From: a virus
Lineage: Duplodnaviria; Caudoviricetes
Reading direction: 5' to 3' (one strand)
DNA length: 64,000 bases
IMG/VR virus record: IMGVR_UViG_3300019742_000001
The notes under the pieces: model-generated
Database searches by the model: none
Seen by the model: the letters and a program-made list of their open reading frames with translations, nothing else
Told to the model about the DNA's origin: nothing
Made by a program: the position numbers and the translations under genes
Shown: piece by piece, positions 1-10,167 of the stretch
Position numbering within the stretch: position 1 is the stretch's first letter
Layout: every line of letters begins with the position of its first letter

Positions 1-120
1 AGTTACGTCTCCTGTAAGATTACCAGTTACGTCTCCTGTAAGATTACCAGTTACGTCTCCTGTAAGATTACCAGTTACGTCTCCTGTAAGATTACCAGTT
101 ACGTCTCCTGTAAGATTACC
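1..120. repeat. Five perfect tandem copies of a 24-bp unit encoding GNLTGDVT
   Basis: agttacgtctcctgtaagattacc x5, continuing past the window edge. Confidence 0.95.
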
Positions 121-924
121 AGTAACACCAACAAATTCAACACTGTCAGTTGTATTCAAAGTTTGGTCGAATATATTACCAACAACCGTTGTTGTAAATG
201 CCAAATTACTAGAACCGTCCCATCCAGTTGATATTCCCGTAACACCACCAATCAACTCTATAGTTCTTGGTGTTTCCCATGATGAAGCGGTATCAGCATT
301 ACCTGTTACGTCTCCTGTTACGTCTCCTGTAAGGTTGGTGTTAACTGATACGAATGTAGGTGAATCGGTTGTGGCAACACCTTGGTTCATACCACCAACA
401 TATGACCATTGATCGTTTGAGACAGTAACATCATCAATGTTATTCAATTGTAGAAGTTCTGCCGCAGTTAAACCACCGATCGTACCAGAAGTAGTTGAGA
501 TATTTCCAGTTGAAACTACACTACCAAATGTTACATTATCGGTTGTCATGATACTTTGGTCCATATCACCAACATATACCCACTGACCATTTGTGATAGT
601 AACATCATCAATGTTATTCAATTGTAGAAGTTCTGCCGCAGTTAAACCACCGATTGTACCAGAAGTTGTTGAAATGTTACCAGTTGAAACTACACCACCA
701 AATGTTACATTATCGGTTGTCATGATACTTTGGTCCATATCACCAACATATACCCACTGACCATTTGAGACAGTAACATCATCAATATTACTTATTTGTG
801 TTACCTCATTTGTTGATATACCAGAAATATCAACTCCACCAAAACTAACCTCATTTTCATTGGCAATAAACACACCACTACCAATATTAATACCTTTCTT
901 TATTTTAAAATCTTGTATTGCCAT
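1..924 (-). CDS. Tail-fibre/virion structural protein, 3' end outside the window (not in the supplied ORF track)
   Basis: My translation from ATG 924 (GGAGG SD): MAIQDFKIKKGINIGSGVF..., open to position 1. It has three 58-aa repeats, GNLTGDVT repeats, and a module shared with the 1866-aa fibre. Confidence 0.75.
   Translation of the reverse strand, partial: MAIQDFKIKKGINIGSGVFIANENEVSFGGVDISGISTNEVTQISNIDDVTVSNGQWVYVGDMDQSIMTTDNVTFGGVVSTGNISTTSGTIGGLTAAELLQLNNIDDVTITNGQWVYVGDMDQSIMTTDNVTFGSVVSTGNISTTSGTIGGLTAAELLQLNNIDDVTVSNDQWSYVGGMNQGVATTDSPTFVSVNTNLTGDVTGDVTGNADTASSWETPRTIELIGGVTGISTGWDGSSNLAFTTTVVGNIFDQTLNTTDSVEFVGVTGNLTGDVTGNLTGDVTGNLTGDVTGNLTGDVTGNLTGDVT
427..780. repeat. 174-bp (58-aa) internal repeat of the fibre gene
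   Basis: aacatcatcaat... recurs at 427, 601 and 775 (174-bp period). Confidence 0.9.
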
Positions 925-964
925 AGCTTCCAAACCTCCACTATTATTTTATTTTTACTTTACT

Positions 965-2494
965 TTATGTACTAAGTCCGAAAATGAATGCAATTCCAGT
1001 ATCCGGTGTTGTTTCTCCATCACCGTCATAATACGTAGTTGATGTGATACAATATGAATCTGACATCGAAACTATGGAACCAAACCCATCAGATGATGAT
1101 AACGGATCTTCAATAGTATCTAACAACTCCCCTGTAGTATTACTAAATATAAATGATCTATTCCATGAGTTAACATAAGAGAATGAGTCGTTTATATCAA
1201 CATAATATCCCATCCCATCCCATTCAAAAGGTGTTGGATTGGTTAATGTGTGTAACAAATCACCTGTTACAGTGTTAAAGATGTATGCTGCTCCAACATC
1301 ATCGGCGGTTGCACTATCTTCTCCACCAGCACCAACTATACAGTAACTATCTGTTATTGCAACTGAAACTCCAAATAAGTCAGCTCCAACCGTACCGTAC
1401 ACTGTTGGGTTTTCTAATGTATGTAATAGATCACCTGTTACGGTATTAAAGATATATGCTATACCCGAAGTAATACCTTCTAATCTTTCTGATTGGGCAC
1501 CGACCACACAATATGTATCTGTCAGATCAACAGAAATACCGAAAAGATCACCGCCAAAACCATCCAAGTTCGGATCATCCAATGTATGTAATAATGCACC
1601 TGTTACAGTATTATAAATATAGGCTTTACCCGAATTTGATCCACTATCATCATCTTCATTATGAGCACCAACTATACAGTAACTATCTGTTATTGCAACT
1701 GATTTACCAAAATTATCACCTGCCGATGTACCATATGCATTTGGATTATCTAATGTATGTAGTAATTCACCTGTTGCATTAGTGAAAATATACACTTTCC
1801 CTGAACTTAATCCACCAGCATCATCTTCTGTTGATGCACTAACAGCACAATATGTATCTGATATCGAAACAGCAGATCCAAATGTATCACTAGCTGATGT
1901 ATCATATGCATTTGGGTTATCAAGAGTCCATAACAACTCACCAGTAACAGTATTGTAAATATATGATTTACCTGAATCAAGTCCACCTGCATCATCTTCA
2001 TTCGGGGCACCAACTATTGAATATGTATCCGATATTGATACTGATCTACCAAATGAGTCATTGTCAGCAGTGTCATACGCATTTGGATTATCTAATGTAT
2101 GTAGTAAACCAATGTTAAGTGTCGGTGCAACATATACATAACTACTCTTTTTAATGAACAACTGTCTTTCAAATGAATATGATCCACTGAAACCAACTGG
2201 AAGTGTCATGTTCAAATTCATTGTTGATGGGAAATCCAAATAACCATCTGTATCAAAACTAACAACCAGATTACCCACATTATCAAACTCCGTTACAATA
2301 ATACCTGTTGAATCATCTACCATTGATAGGGATGTTGTATACATTTCCCCTGTGATATCATCTTCCACAACTATATTATAAACTGCCTTTCTATAAACAT
2401 CTGTCAATAGAGAGTCTAGGGTGGTTGTTCCCGCAACCACCCCACTCACCACAGATTTTGATACTCCTCTAAAATCACTCAAATATGTAGTCAT
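965..2494 (-). CDS. FG-GAP repeat beta-propeller protein, probably virion-associated adhesin
   Basis: About six ~57-aa repeats LLHTLDNP..FG.SV.I.D.Y..VGA..ED......G..YI.N..TG. Confidence 0.8.
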   Translation of the reverse strand: MTTYLSDFRGVSKSVVSGVVAGTTTLDSLLTDVYRKAVYNIVVEDDITGEMYTTSLSMVDDSTGIIVTEFDNVGNLVVSFDTDGYLDFPSTMNLNMTLPVGFSGSYSFERQLFIKKSSYVYVAPTLNIGLLHTLDNPNAYDTADNDSFGRSVSISDTYSIVGAPNEDDAGGLDSGKSYIYNTVTGELLWTLDNPNAYDTSASDTFGSAVSISDTYCAVSASTEDDAGGLSSGKVYIFTNATGELLHTLDNPNAYGTSAGDNFGKSVAITDSYCIVGAHNEDDDSGSNSGKAYIYNTVTGALLHTLDDPNLDGFGGDLFGISVDLTDTYCVVGAQSERLEGITSGIAYIFNTVTGDLLHTLENPTVYGTVGADLFGVSVAITDSYCIVGAGGEDSATADDVGAAYIFNTVTGDLLHTLTNPTPFEWDGMGYYVDINDSFSYVNSWNRSFIFSNTTGELLDTIEDPLSSSDGFGSIVSMSDSYCITSTTYYDGDGETTPDTGIAFIFGLST

Positions 2495-2504
2495 ACTAAT
2501 CTCC

Positions 2505-5500
2505 TTATACTATTTTCCATCCTTTGGATGTTGTAAATACTAATTCAACGGTTGCATTATCTGTATTAAGAACTAAATCATCGGCAACACCCATGATATT
2601 GTTACCATTTCTATCAATAAAAACGGGAGAGTTAAACCAATCACCCATTTCATCGTGAATAATAATAGTGTGTCCTTGAACTGGTGATATCGGTAATACC
2701 AAAGATGAAATACTTCCATCAGCCAAATACTTTCTACCACTTACCAAGGTTTGTGCGTCAGTTGCAGATTCCCAATTAATTGTGATAAACTTACTTGTTG
2801 TATCATCCCAAATAGCAGTTCCCAATGATTTTGGTGTGTCTTCTCTTGTTGCTACTGCTTGTAGAGAATCAACTTTACCAACTCTAAATAAGTCATCAGA
2901 CTCATCAAAGATGAACTGGAAGTTTGCTTCAGAACCTCTATCAACTTCGATGCCAGCGGTACCTATTGTAACACCAGCACCAATTTCACCAGCGTTTACT
3001 ACCATTATATTATCTTCAACACGTACTGTTGTTGAGTTTATAGTGGTTGTTGTTCCGTTAACGGTGAGATCACCACTAACTGTTACATTACCAATAAAAC
3101 CAGTATTACCACCTACATTTAGGTTTTCTTCGATACCAACTCCACCCTCAACCACTAATGCACCTGTGTCTTTATTTGTAGATGTTGTCGTGTCATTAAC
3201 TTTAACAGCATTAAATGTAACATTGTCAGTAGTTGTAACACTTTGGTTCATATCACCAACATATACCCACTGACCGTTTGTGATAGTAACAGAATCAATG
3301 TTATTCAATTGTGTGAGTTCTACCGCAGTTAAACCACCGATTGTACCAGAAGTTGTTGAAATGTTACCGACCACATTAACATAACCACCTACATTTACAT
3401 TTTCTTCTACACCAAGACCACCCTGTGTGATAACCACGGCACCAGTATCTTTGTCAGTAGAAGAAATGGAACCTTGTACTTCACCAAACTGGAATACGAA
3501 ATCGGGTGCTTCAAAAGTGGTACCGATTGTTACTGATCCACCAACGTGAAGGTTTTCTTCGATACCAACTCCACCATCAACCACCAATGCACCTGAGTCT
3601 TTACCAGTTGAACCAGTAGTATCAGTTATTGTAACAATTCCAGCAAGTTCGGATGTACTACCAACATAAAGTGAAATGTTGGATGTAATGACATCAGCTT
3701 CAACTGTCTCACCAACCAACGAACCTTGAACATCACCTTGAACATCACCAAGAACATTACCGGTGATATCACCAATGAATCCACTTAAAGCGTTAACCTG
3801 ACCACCGACAAACAATTCTCTTCCAATACCCATTCCACCAGCAGTAACAATTGACCCTGTAATAACATCAATTGATTGTGTGTCATTAGTAACAAGTAAT
3901 GTACCAGTTAATGTAGTATTTCCACCAACACCAAGATCATTTACGATTGTAGTATTTGATCCTACATAAAGATTTTCACCTACACCAATACCACCAGCAG
4001 TAACAATGTCACCAGTTGTTGTATTAGTTGTTGTGTTTCCACCCTCAGCAATGAATCTGTTGAAGTATGCTTCATTAAACATATCACCAGTTGATCCTAA
4101 TGATTGTGTGTTGTCAAATGAATATAATGTTGTTCCTATTTTTGAATTAATGTTCACCGTATCTGTGTTATCAGATCCAATATTCAGATCATCGTTTACA
4201 TTAAGTGTACCATTAATTGTGTTAGTGTCACTTGTTATAACAAATGATGTTGTGTCTACTACAAGATCAGTAGTATCAAGGTTTACAGTAGAAATACCAT
4301 GAATATCAACAACATCACCTTCTACCGTCAAGGTTTGGTTAGTTGTAATATCAACATTACCAGTTGTCACATCAACTGAGAAATTACCAGTTGTTATAAC
4401 GACATCAAAATCACCATCTGTCATATCGACATCAACAGCGTTATTAATATCAACAATACCGTTGATTTGTGTGTTATCATCAAGTGTTGTAAGACCAGAT
4501 ACATTTAAATCGGTTACAATACCAACTGAACCACCAACATTTATATCTTGTTCTACACCAATACCACCTTGTGTTATAACCAAAGCACCAGTATCTTTGT
4601 TGACCGATTGAACATTACCAGAAATCACACCATTCAAGAATATGAAGTTAGGAGCATCAAACACCGCACCAATTGTCATATTTCCAAGAGTATGAATATC
4701 ACCTTGAACGTTTAGGTTTCCAGCGATACCTTGACCACCATCAAGAATCAACGATCCAGTATCCCATGATGTTGAATCTGTTGTGGATGTTACGTGGGTT
4801 GTTACAGGAGATACAATGTTTCCTGTGAGATCACCCTGAATGTTTCCTGTTACATCACCAAGGAATGTAGCATCTGTACCGTCTGTTCCATTATCAAGAA
4901 CTGTTACCAGACCATCTTGAGACAATACATCACCAACCACATTACTTGTAACTACACTAAATGTGATCTGACCACCAGTAATTTCACCTGTTACATCCAA
5001 GTCACCAACAACATTAAAGTTATTTGATGAAGTTGTTGGTAAACCAAGATTACCCATAAACGATCCAGTGAAAGTTCCACCAACAAATGAACTACCAGTA
5101 ATGGTTGTTCCATAAATCTCATTCCATCTGTTAAGTTGGTTACCTAGTGTAAAACTACCAAGAGGAATCAAATTTGATTCTACAACATTAAGAACATTTA
5201 ATGAGTTGACAGTTGCTTCACCTGATGTGATGATATTACCACCACTTAATTCAGTGAACGATGACGAAGCTGATACAATGTTTCCGTTCAGGTTACCATC
5301 TAGTTGACCTGTGAATACTGCATCACTTCCGTCTGTTCCATTCTCAACGACTACCACAACACCATCTTGTGACTTAATGTTACCAGTAAGGTCTGTCATA
5401 ACACTAGGTAATGTCAAACTTGATGCTGATAATGAACCAGTTACATGTAAATCTTGTCCTATGTTTAAAGTTCTACCAACATTAAGGTTCTTATCAACAG

Positions 5501-8066
5501 TCATACCACCACGAATCTCTAAAGAATCATTTAGGTCACCATCTTCAAATTTATCCCATGCTGATGTTACTTGTGAAGTGTCACCAATCAAATTGCCATC
5601 AACGTTACCGTCAATATTTCCTGTGACATTTCCTACTACATTACCATCAAGGTCACCTGTAAAACTTCCTGTAAACTCAGAACCATTGATAGTTGTTACA
5701 TTAAGTGTTCCTATTGTTGCTATATCAGACTCAATGTTTGTCGAACCTAATATGTTATTTACGTATAATGAACCCCATTTACTACCAACACTACCAATAT
5801 TTCTGGTTGTATCGGGAATCAAATCAGATCCAACAGTAGTCAATACTAATGTGTTTACTGTAAGATTAACTATATCCGCTGTTTCAGAATCTACATTAAC
5901 AGAATATATGTTAGCCCATTGATTAGTTGTTGAACCAATGTCTCTTGTATTAGTAACGTCTGATATAACGTTTGATTGTACGTTTGTCCAAGGGACCGTT
6001 GCAATAAAACTACCTGTGATATCACCAGTAACATTCAAATCACCACCAATGAATACTTTCTCATCAACAGTTAAACTCTTACCAACATGAACACCACCAA
6101 CAACATCTAATGCATCAGCAGTTCCGACATCAGAAACTAGATCCCAACCAGAAGTTACCTGAGTTGTTGAACCAATCAATGATCCAGTAAGATCACCAAT
6201 CACATTCCCTGTCAAATCACCGTTGAAATCACCGACAAAAGAACTACTGTTAATTGTCGTTACATTAAGTGTTCCTATAGTTGCAACATCTGATTCTATA
6301 TTAGCAGCACCAAGTAACTGAACAGTGTATAAAGAAGACCATTTGTTTAACTCAGTTCCGATACCATACCCATCTTCTGGGATAAGACTAGAACCAACAG
6401 TACCAACAACTAACGAACCTATGTCACCGTTATCTGCAATCACATCAGTAACATTAACTTCGGAACCCACAACATCACCTGTAAGACCACCTGTCACATT
6501 ACCTGTAAGATCACCTGTTACATTACCAGTTACGTCACCAGTAAGATCACCAGTTACGTCACCAGTAAATACTGCGTCAGTACCATCAGATCCATTGTTT
6601 AATATTGTCACTAAACCATCTTGAGACAATACGGCACCTGTTACGTTTCCTGTGACATCACCATCAACACTACCGATAAGATCACCGGTTACAGTTCCGG
6701 TCATATCACCAGTAAGATCGCCAGTCACATTTCCTGTTACATCTCCTGTAACATTACCTGTAACATTACCTGTAACATTACCTGTAAGATCACCAGTTAC
6801 ATCACCAGTAAGACCACCTGTCACATTTCCTGTGACATTACCAGTAAGATCTCCAGTTACATTACCTGTTACGTCACCTGTTACGTCACCTGTAAGACCA
6901 CCTGTTACGTCACCAGTTACATTACCTGTAAGATCACCTGTTACATTACCTGTTACGTCACCAGTAAGACCACCTGTCACGTTTCCTGTCACGTTTCCTG
7001 TGACATCACCAGTAAGACCACCTGTCACATTTCCAGTAAGATCGCCAGTTACATTACCTGTTACGTCACCTGTGACATTACCTATAAGATCGCCAGTTAC
7101 ATCACCTGTGACATCACCTGTAAATACTGCATCACTTCCATCAGTACCGTTATCAAGAACTGTTACCAAACCATCTTGTGATAATACATCACCTGTTACA
7201 TTTCCTGTCACGTCACCAGTAAGACCACCTGTCACATTACCTGTAAGATCACCAGTTACATCACCAGTAAGACCACCTGTGACATTACCAGTTACATTAC
7301 CAGTTACATCACCAGTAAGACCACCTGTGACATTACCTGTAAGATCACCTGTTACATTACCAGTAAGACCACCTGTGACATTACCTGTAAGATCACCTGT
7401 TACATTTCCTGTCACGTCACCTGTAAGAGATCCTGTCACGTTACCAGTTACATTACCAGTAAGGTCACCAACAATAATGGATGCCATTACATTGGTTGCA
7501 TATAAATTAGCCCAACGACGAATCGCACCACCAAGATTATATGAATCATCTACATCTGGTGATAATGCCGAATTAACGGAAGTTGTAACTGTCAATGTAT
7601 CACCTGACATAGATCCAGTTAATGTAATATTAACAAAATCTGTAATATCACCCAAACCAGAACCAGTAATTGTAACAACACCTGATATGTCTTGGTCTAG
7701 TAGAAGATCTCCACCAGTAATGGTTGTATCATCACCAAGAATTGTTGTACCTGTAACGCCTAGTCCACCAGCATTAACATTTTTTGCAATCGACATACCA
7801 CCTCTTGTAGAAATGGATGCAATCTCATCTGTCGGACCTGTTGAGTCAACTAAATCAATTACGTGTAAAGGTTCTCCGAGATATCCCGGACCTCCACCAC
7901 CAACCTCAAGAATAGCTGTTCGTAGTTCGTATAAAACATCGTCTAATCTGTCACCTAGAAAAATATTACTAGGATCTACCATAACAATGTTGGTTTCGGT
8001 TAACACGTTTACCCAACCATCGTTAGTGGAATTTCTTAAATTTACCTTGTATTCGGTTTCAGCCAT
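2505..8066 (-). CDS. Giant tail-fibre/structural protein with G[DNG][VL]T tetrapeptide repeats
   Basis: Likely start MAETEY at 8066 (GGAG SD, TATAAATA upstream). Gly/Thr/Val/Asp-rich beta repeats, TGALV..GG.GI modules, and a C-terminal domain ending GWKIV typical of T4-like fibre proteins. Confidence 0.8.
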   Translation of the reverse strand: MAETEYKVNLRNSTNDGWVNVLTETNIVMVDPSNIFLGDRLDDVLYELRTAILEVGGGGPGYLGEPLHVIDLVDSTGPTDEIASISTRGGMSIAKNVNAGGLGVTGTTILGDDTTITGGDLLLDQDISGVVTITGSGLGDITDFVNITLTGSMSGDTLTVTTSVNSALSPDVDDSYNLGGAIRRWANLYATNVMASIIVGDLTGNVTGNVTGSLTGDVTGNVTGDLTGNVTGGLTGNVTGDLTGNVTGGLTGDVTGNVTGNVTGGLTGDVTGDLTGNVTGGLTGDVTGNVTGDVLSQDGLVTVLDNGTDGSDAVFTGDVTGDVTGDLIGNVTGDVTGNVTGDLTGNVTGGLTGDVTGNVTGNVTGGLTGDVTGNVTGDLTGNVTGDVTGGLTGDVTGDVTGNVTGDLTGNVTGNVTGGLTGDVTGDLTGNVTGNVTGNVTGDVTGNVTGDLTGDMTGTVTGDLIGSVDGDVTGNVTGAVLSQDGLVTILNNGSDGTDAVFTGDVTGDLTGDVTGNVTGDLTGNVTGGLTGDVVGSEVNVTDVIADNGDIGSLVVGTVGSSLIPEDGYGIGTELNKWSSLYTVQLLGAANIESDVATIGTLNVTTINSSSFVGDFNGDLTGNVIGDLTGSLIGSTTQVTSGWDLVSDVGTADALDVVGGVHVGKSLTVDEKVFIGGDLNVTGDITGSFIATVPWTNVQSNVISDVTNTRDIGSTTNQWANIYSVNVDSETADIVNLTVNTLVLTTVGSDLIPDTTRNIGSVGSKWGSLYVNNILGSTNIESDIATIGTLNVTTINGSEFTGSFTGDLDGNVVGNVTGNIDGNVDGNLIGDTSQVTSAWDKFEDGDLNDSLEIRGGMTVDKNLNVGRTLNIGQDLHVTGSLSASSLTLPSVMTDLTGNIKSQDGVVVVVENGTDGSDAVFTGQLDGNLNGNIVSASSSFTELSGGNIITSGEATVNSLNVLNVVESNLIPLGSFTLGNQLNRWNEIYGTTITGSSFVGGTFTGSFMGNLGLPTTSSNNFNVVGDLDVTGEITGGQITFSVVTSNVVGDVLSQDGLVTVLDNGTDGTDATFLGDVTGNIQGDLTGNIVSPVTTHVTSTTDSTSWDTGSLILDGGQGIAGNLNVQGDIHTLGNMTIGAVFDAPNFIFLNGVISGNVQSVNKDTGALVITQGGIGVEQDINVGGSVGIVTDLNVSGLTTLDDNTQINGIVDINNAVDVDMTDGDFDVVITTGNFSVDVTTGNVDITTNQTLTVEGDVVDIHGISTVNLDTTDLVVDTTSFVITSDTNTINGTLNVNDDLNIGSDNTDTVNINSKIGTTLYSFDNTQSLGSTGDMFNEAYFNRFIAEGGNTTTNTTTGDIVTAGGIGVGENLYVGSNTTIVNDLGVGGNTTLTGTLLVTNDTQSIDVITGSIVTAGGMGIGRELFVGGQVNALSGFIGDITGNVLGDVQGDVQGSLVGETVEADVITSNISLYVGSTSELAGIVTITDTTGSTGKDSGALVVDGGVGIEENLHVGGSVTIGTTFEAPDFVFQFGEVQGSISSTDKDTGAVVITQGGLGVEENVNVGGYVNVVGNISTTSGTIGGLTAVELTQLNNIDSVTITNGQWVYVGDMNQSVTTTDNVTFNAVKVNDTTTSTNKDTGALVVEGGVGIEENLNVGGNTGFIGNVTVSGDLTVNGTTTTINSTTVRVEDNIMVVNAGEIGAGVTIGTAGIEVDRGSEANFQFIFDESDDLFRVGKVDSLQAVATREDTPKSLGTAIWDDTTSKFITINWESATDAQTLVSGRKYLADGSISSLVLPISPVQGHTIIIHDEMGDWFNSPVFIDRNGNNIMGVADDLVLNTDNATVELVFTTSKGWKIV
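6470..7460. repeat. Degenerate 12-bp tandem repeat tract (GDVT/GNVT/GDLT/GGLT)
   Basis: Dozens of acc(t/a)gt(t/c/a)ac-type 12-mers in frame. Confidence 0.9.
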
Positions 8067-8104
8067 ATTAAATATCTCCAAAAATATGATTTTATATATA
8101 CTCA

Positions 8105-8112
8105 TATTTATA
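8105..8112 (-). promoter_or_regulatory. T4-type late promoter TATAAATA
   Basis: Exact match about 40 nt upstream of the fibre start. Other copies lie at 11405(-), 13318(-), 15677(+), 18574(+), 40725(-), 48201(-), 49611(+) and 56982(+). CATAAATA variants lie at 10158(-) and 13330(+). Confidence 0.8.
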
Positions 8113-8152
8113 TAATTTTTCTCATTGCCACCCTCTCATCCATAAAATACAC

Positions 8153-8187
8153 AAAAAAAGGGATACCCAAAAAATGAGTATCCCTTT
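8153..8187 (-). terminator. Rho-independent terminator
   Basis: Stem aaagggatac/gtatcccttt followed by a T-run on the minus strand. Confidence 0.75.
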
Positions 8188-8211
8188 ATACATCTAATTA
8201 TTTGTTAATTT

Positions 8212-8568
8212 CTATACAAATAAACGATCTAATGCCAACATATCCTTGGCACTAATTGTTGCGTCTTCACCCAACACCCCGATATCCATAGGATCAAATG
8301 AGATTTCAACCTCTTGTGATAAGAGTTCATTGAATTCTTCAACAAATGTCTCCATGTTATCGTCTTCGACTTTGATTGTTCCATCATCATCGACAGTACC
8401 AACACGTTTGATAAGACTGACCCGAAACTCTTCAATCTCGGCTAACTCCTTATCAAACCCAGACACCAATTTTTTTAGATTCCATGCCGCCTTAACGGGA
8501 ATAGGTTTTTCCAACAGACCAATCAATGGGTCTTTCATGTTACGGATCTCTCCGAGTGCAAATTTCAT
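8212..8568 (-). CDS. Conserved helical phage protein (DUF1617-like, often next to tail genes)
   Basis: Pattern P.KAAWNLKK....KELAEIEE.R..LIK..G...ELL.QEVEI recalled from phage tail-adjacent proteins. Confidence 0.45.
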   Translation of the reverse strand: MKFALGEIRNMKDPLIGLLEKPIPVKAAWNLKKLVSGFDKELAEIEEFRVSLIKRVGTVDDDGTIKVEDDNMETFVEEFNELLSQEVEISFDPMDIGVLGEDATISAKDMLALDRLFV

Positions 8569-8615
8569 TACAAATTACCTCCATACAGTTTTGTTTTTAT
8601 TTGTGTTACATCTTA

Positions 8616-9698
8616 CTATGTGTTATAATCTTTGTCAACTTCATCGTAATATTTTTTCCGATGATGTATCACACCACCGATAATATCTGCCGCTATTTTT
8701 AGTATAACTTCATCACGATCTTTAAATTTTTTGTGTCCATTGTAATAGTCAAAACCTATGAATCCCCACCACTTACTATCAGAGAATATCGGTACACCCA
8801 AAACTATTACGTCTTCTGAACAAATACAATGTTCTCTTTCAGGGCATATACCACAACGAGGTAGTGTTGTTTGCACTGATTCTCCTGTCATCATTGATTC
8901 TTTTAACTCAGGACATAAGTCATAATTAATACAATCATTTATATCACTGGCAACATCACAGATCCTTGACATTGGGTTTAACCAAACTGACACTATGTTG
9001 GAACATACCCTCTCTTTTTTTTCCTCATTTTCGAATATATATACTCTGTGTGCCCCTACAGCACCACCCAACTCAGAAAGTATTTCTTTTAACGCATCTC
9101 TCCAATCACTGTGGTTAGTTAGAATCTTACTCATATTTGATATCGCCGCAAACAAAGAAGTTCTTCTATTCAACACTTTCTTTTGAAATTCTACTTCGGT
9201 TACGTCTCTGGATACTCTCACACACCCCACAAAATCACCTGATTCATCAAAAATTGGGGTTGTTTGTACATCGTATGATCGGTTGTGGTGTTCTATCATG
9301 GATTTCTGTGGTTCGTGTGTATCTATACATTTAGTTACAATACACTTGTCATCAGGAAATCCCAAAACTTCCTTATAAAAATCCACCCAATTCATTTCTA
9401 TTAATTCTTCATATGATATACCTTCTGGTTCTACACATTTCATAAATGCATCGTTACACCTGTTGATATTATAATCAACGTCTACAATAACTATAGAATC
9501 ACTTATCGAATCAAATGTTCTATCCCATTCAACACTTTTACGAGTAATTTCAACGTTTTTTGTTTCGATCTCTTGTTTTAGTCGTTTTAATTCTGATATA
9601 TCTTTAGATATACCTTCAATCGGCTCATAATTACATATGTGCTTTGTTGGAACCAAGAAGTTTGTTAATGTATCAGACCATCTATCCACGAATTTCAT
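8616..9698 (-). CDS. PAS + GAF domain sensor protein without an output domain
   Basis: WDRTFDSISDSIVIVDVDYNINRCNDAF is a PAS start. LGGAVGAHRVYIFEN...GVPIFSDSKWWGFIGFD...ILKIAADIIG is a GAF domain. Confidence 0.8.
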   Translation of the reverse strand: MKFVDRWSDTLTNFLVPTKHICNYEPIEGISKDISELKRLKQEIETKNVEITRKSVEWDRTFDSISDSIVIVDVDYNINRCNDAFMKCVEPEGISYEELIEMNWVDFYKEVLGFPDDKCIVTKCIDTHEPQKSMIEHHNRSYDVQTTPIFDESGDFVGCVRVSRDVTEVEFQKKVLNRRTSLFAAISNMSKILTNHSDWRDALKEILSELGGAVGAHRVYIFENEEKKERVCSNIVSVWLNPMSRICDVASDINDCINYDLCPELKESMMTGESVQTTLPRCGICPEREHCICSEDVIVLGVPIFSDSKWWGFIGFDYYNGHKKFKDRDEVILKIAADIIGGVIHHRKKYYDEVDKDYNT

Positions 9699-10069
9699 GA
9701 AATGTTCTCCTCATCAAAATCAACCCCATACTTAAACCCCTTCAAATAATCGTTATTATCTCTTGGAAGGAGCATGTATATACCACTACTGTTATTTATA
9801 GGTAATTTATTATTTCTTGTCGATGATGATCCCATTGTTAATTGGTATACCAAAACCCCAACAAATATAGATACTACTGTTGATATCATAAACCCAGCAA
9901 CCAACCCCCATACAGCAGCTTTCGATTTTATGGAAACAATCTCAACTTGGGTTGTTAGGTTAGTATCGTTTATTCTCTGGTCAACTACATCAACCTTTTT
10001 TTCCAGCTTCTCTAGGGTCATCAGAACGTGATTTGACCACGATTCCCACCCTTGATTACTATCTCCCAT
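9695..10069 (-). CDS. Single-TM holin/XhlA-like membrane protein
   Basis: N-terminal coiled coil (GWESWSNHVLMTLEKLE...) then the TM segment AAVWGLVAGFMISTVVSIFVGVLVY. Confidence 0.45.
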   Translation of the reverse strand: MGDSNQGWESWSNHVLMTLEKLEKKVDVVDQRINDTNLTTQVEIVSIKSKAAVWGLVAGFMISTVVSIFVGVLVYQLTMGSSSTRNNKLPINNSSGIYMLLPRDNNDYLKGFKYGVDFDEENIS

Positions 10070-10167
10070 TGTATAATACCATCCTATGATTACCTGTTTA
10101 ATTCCAAATGGTTACATAGACATTTTTAGATTACTCACTTTTTCATTCGGATATATGTATTTATGTA

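Noticed and set aside
860-8115. Long plus-strand ORFs (e.g. 6652..8115, 6621..7181, 5311..5922, 2782..3273, 1513..1782, 860..1042)
   Set aside because: These are antisense shadows of repetitive minus-strand fibre genes. They are low-complexity (PVTSPVT, CYIT) and lack an SD or promoter.
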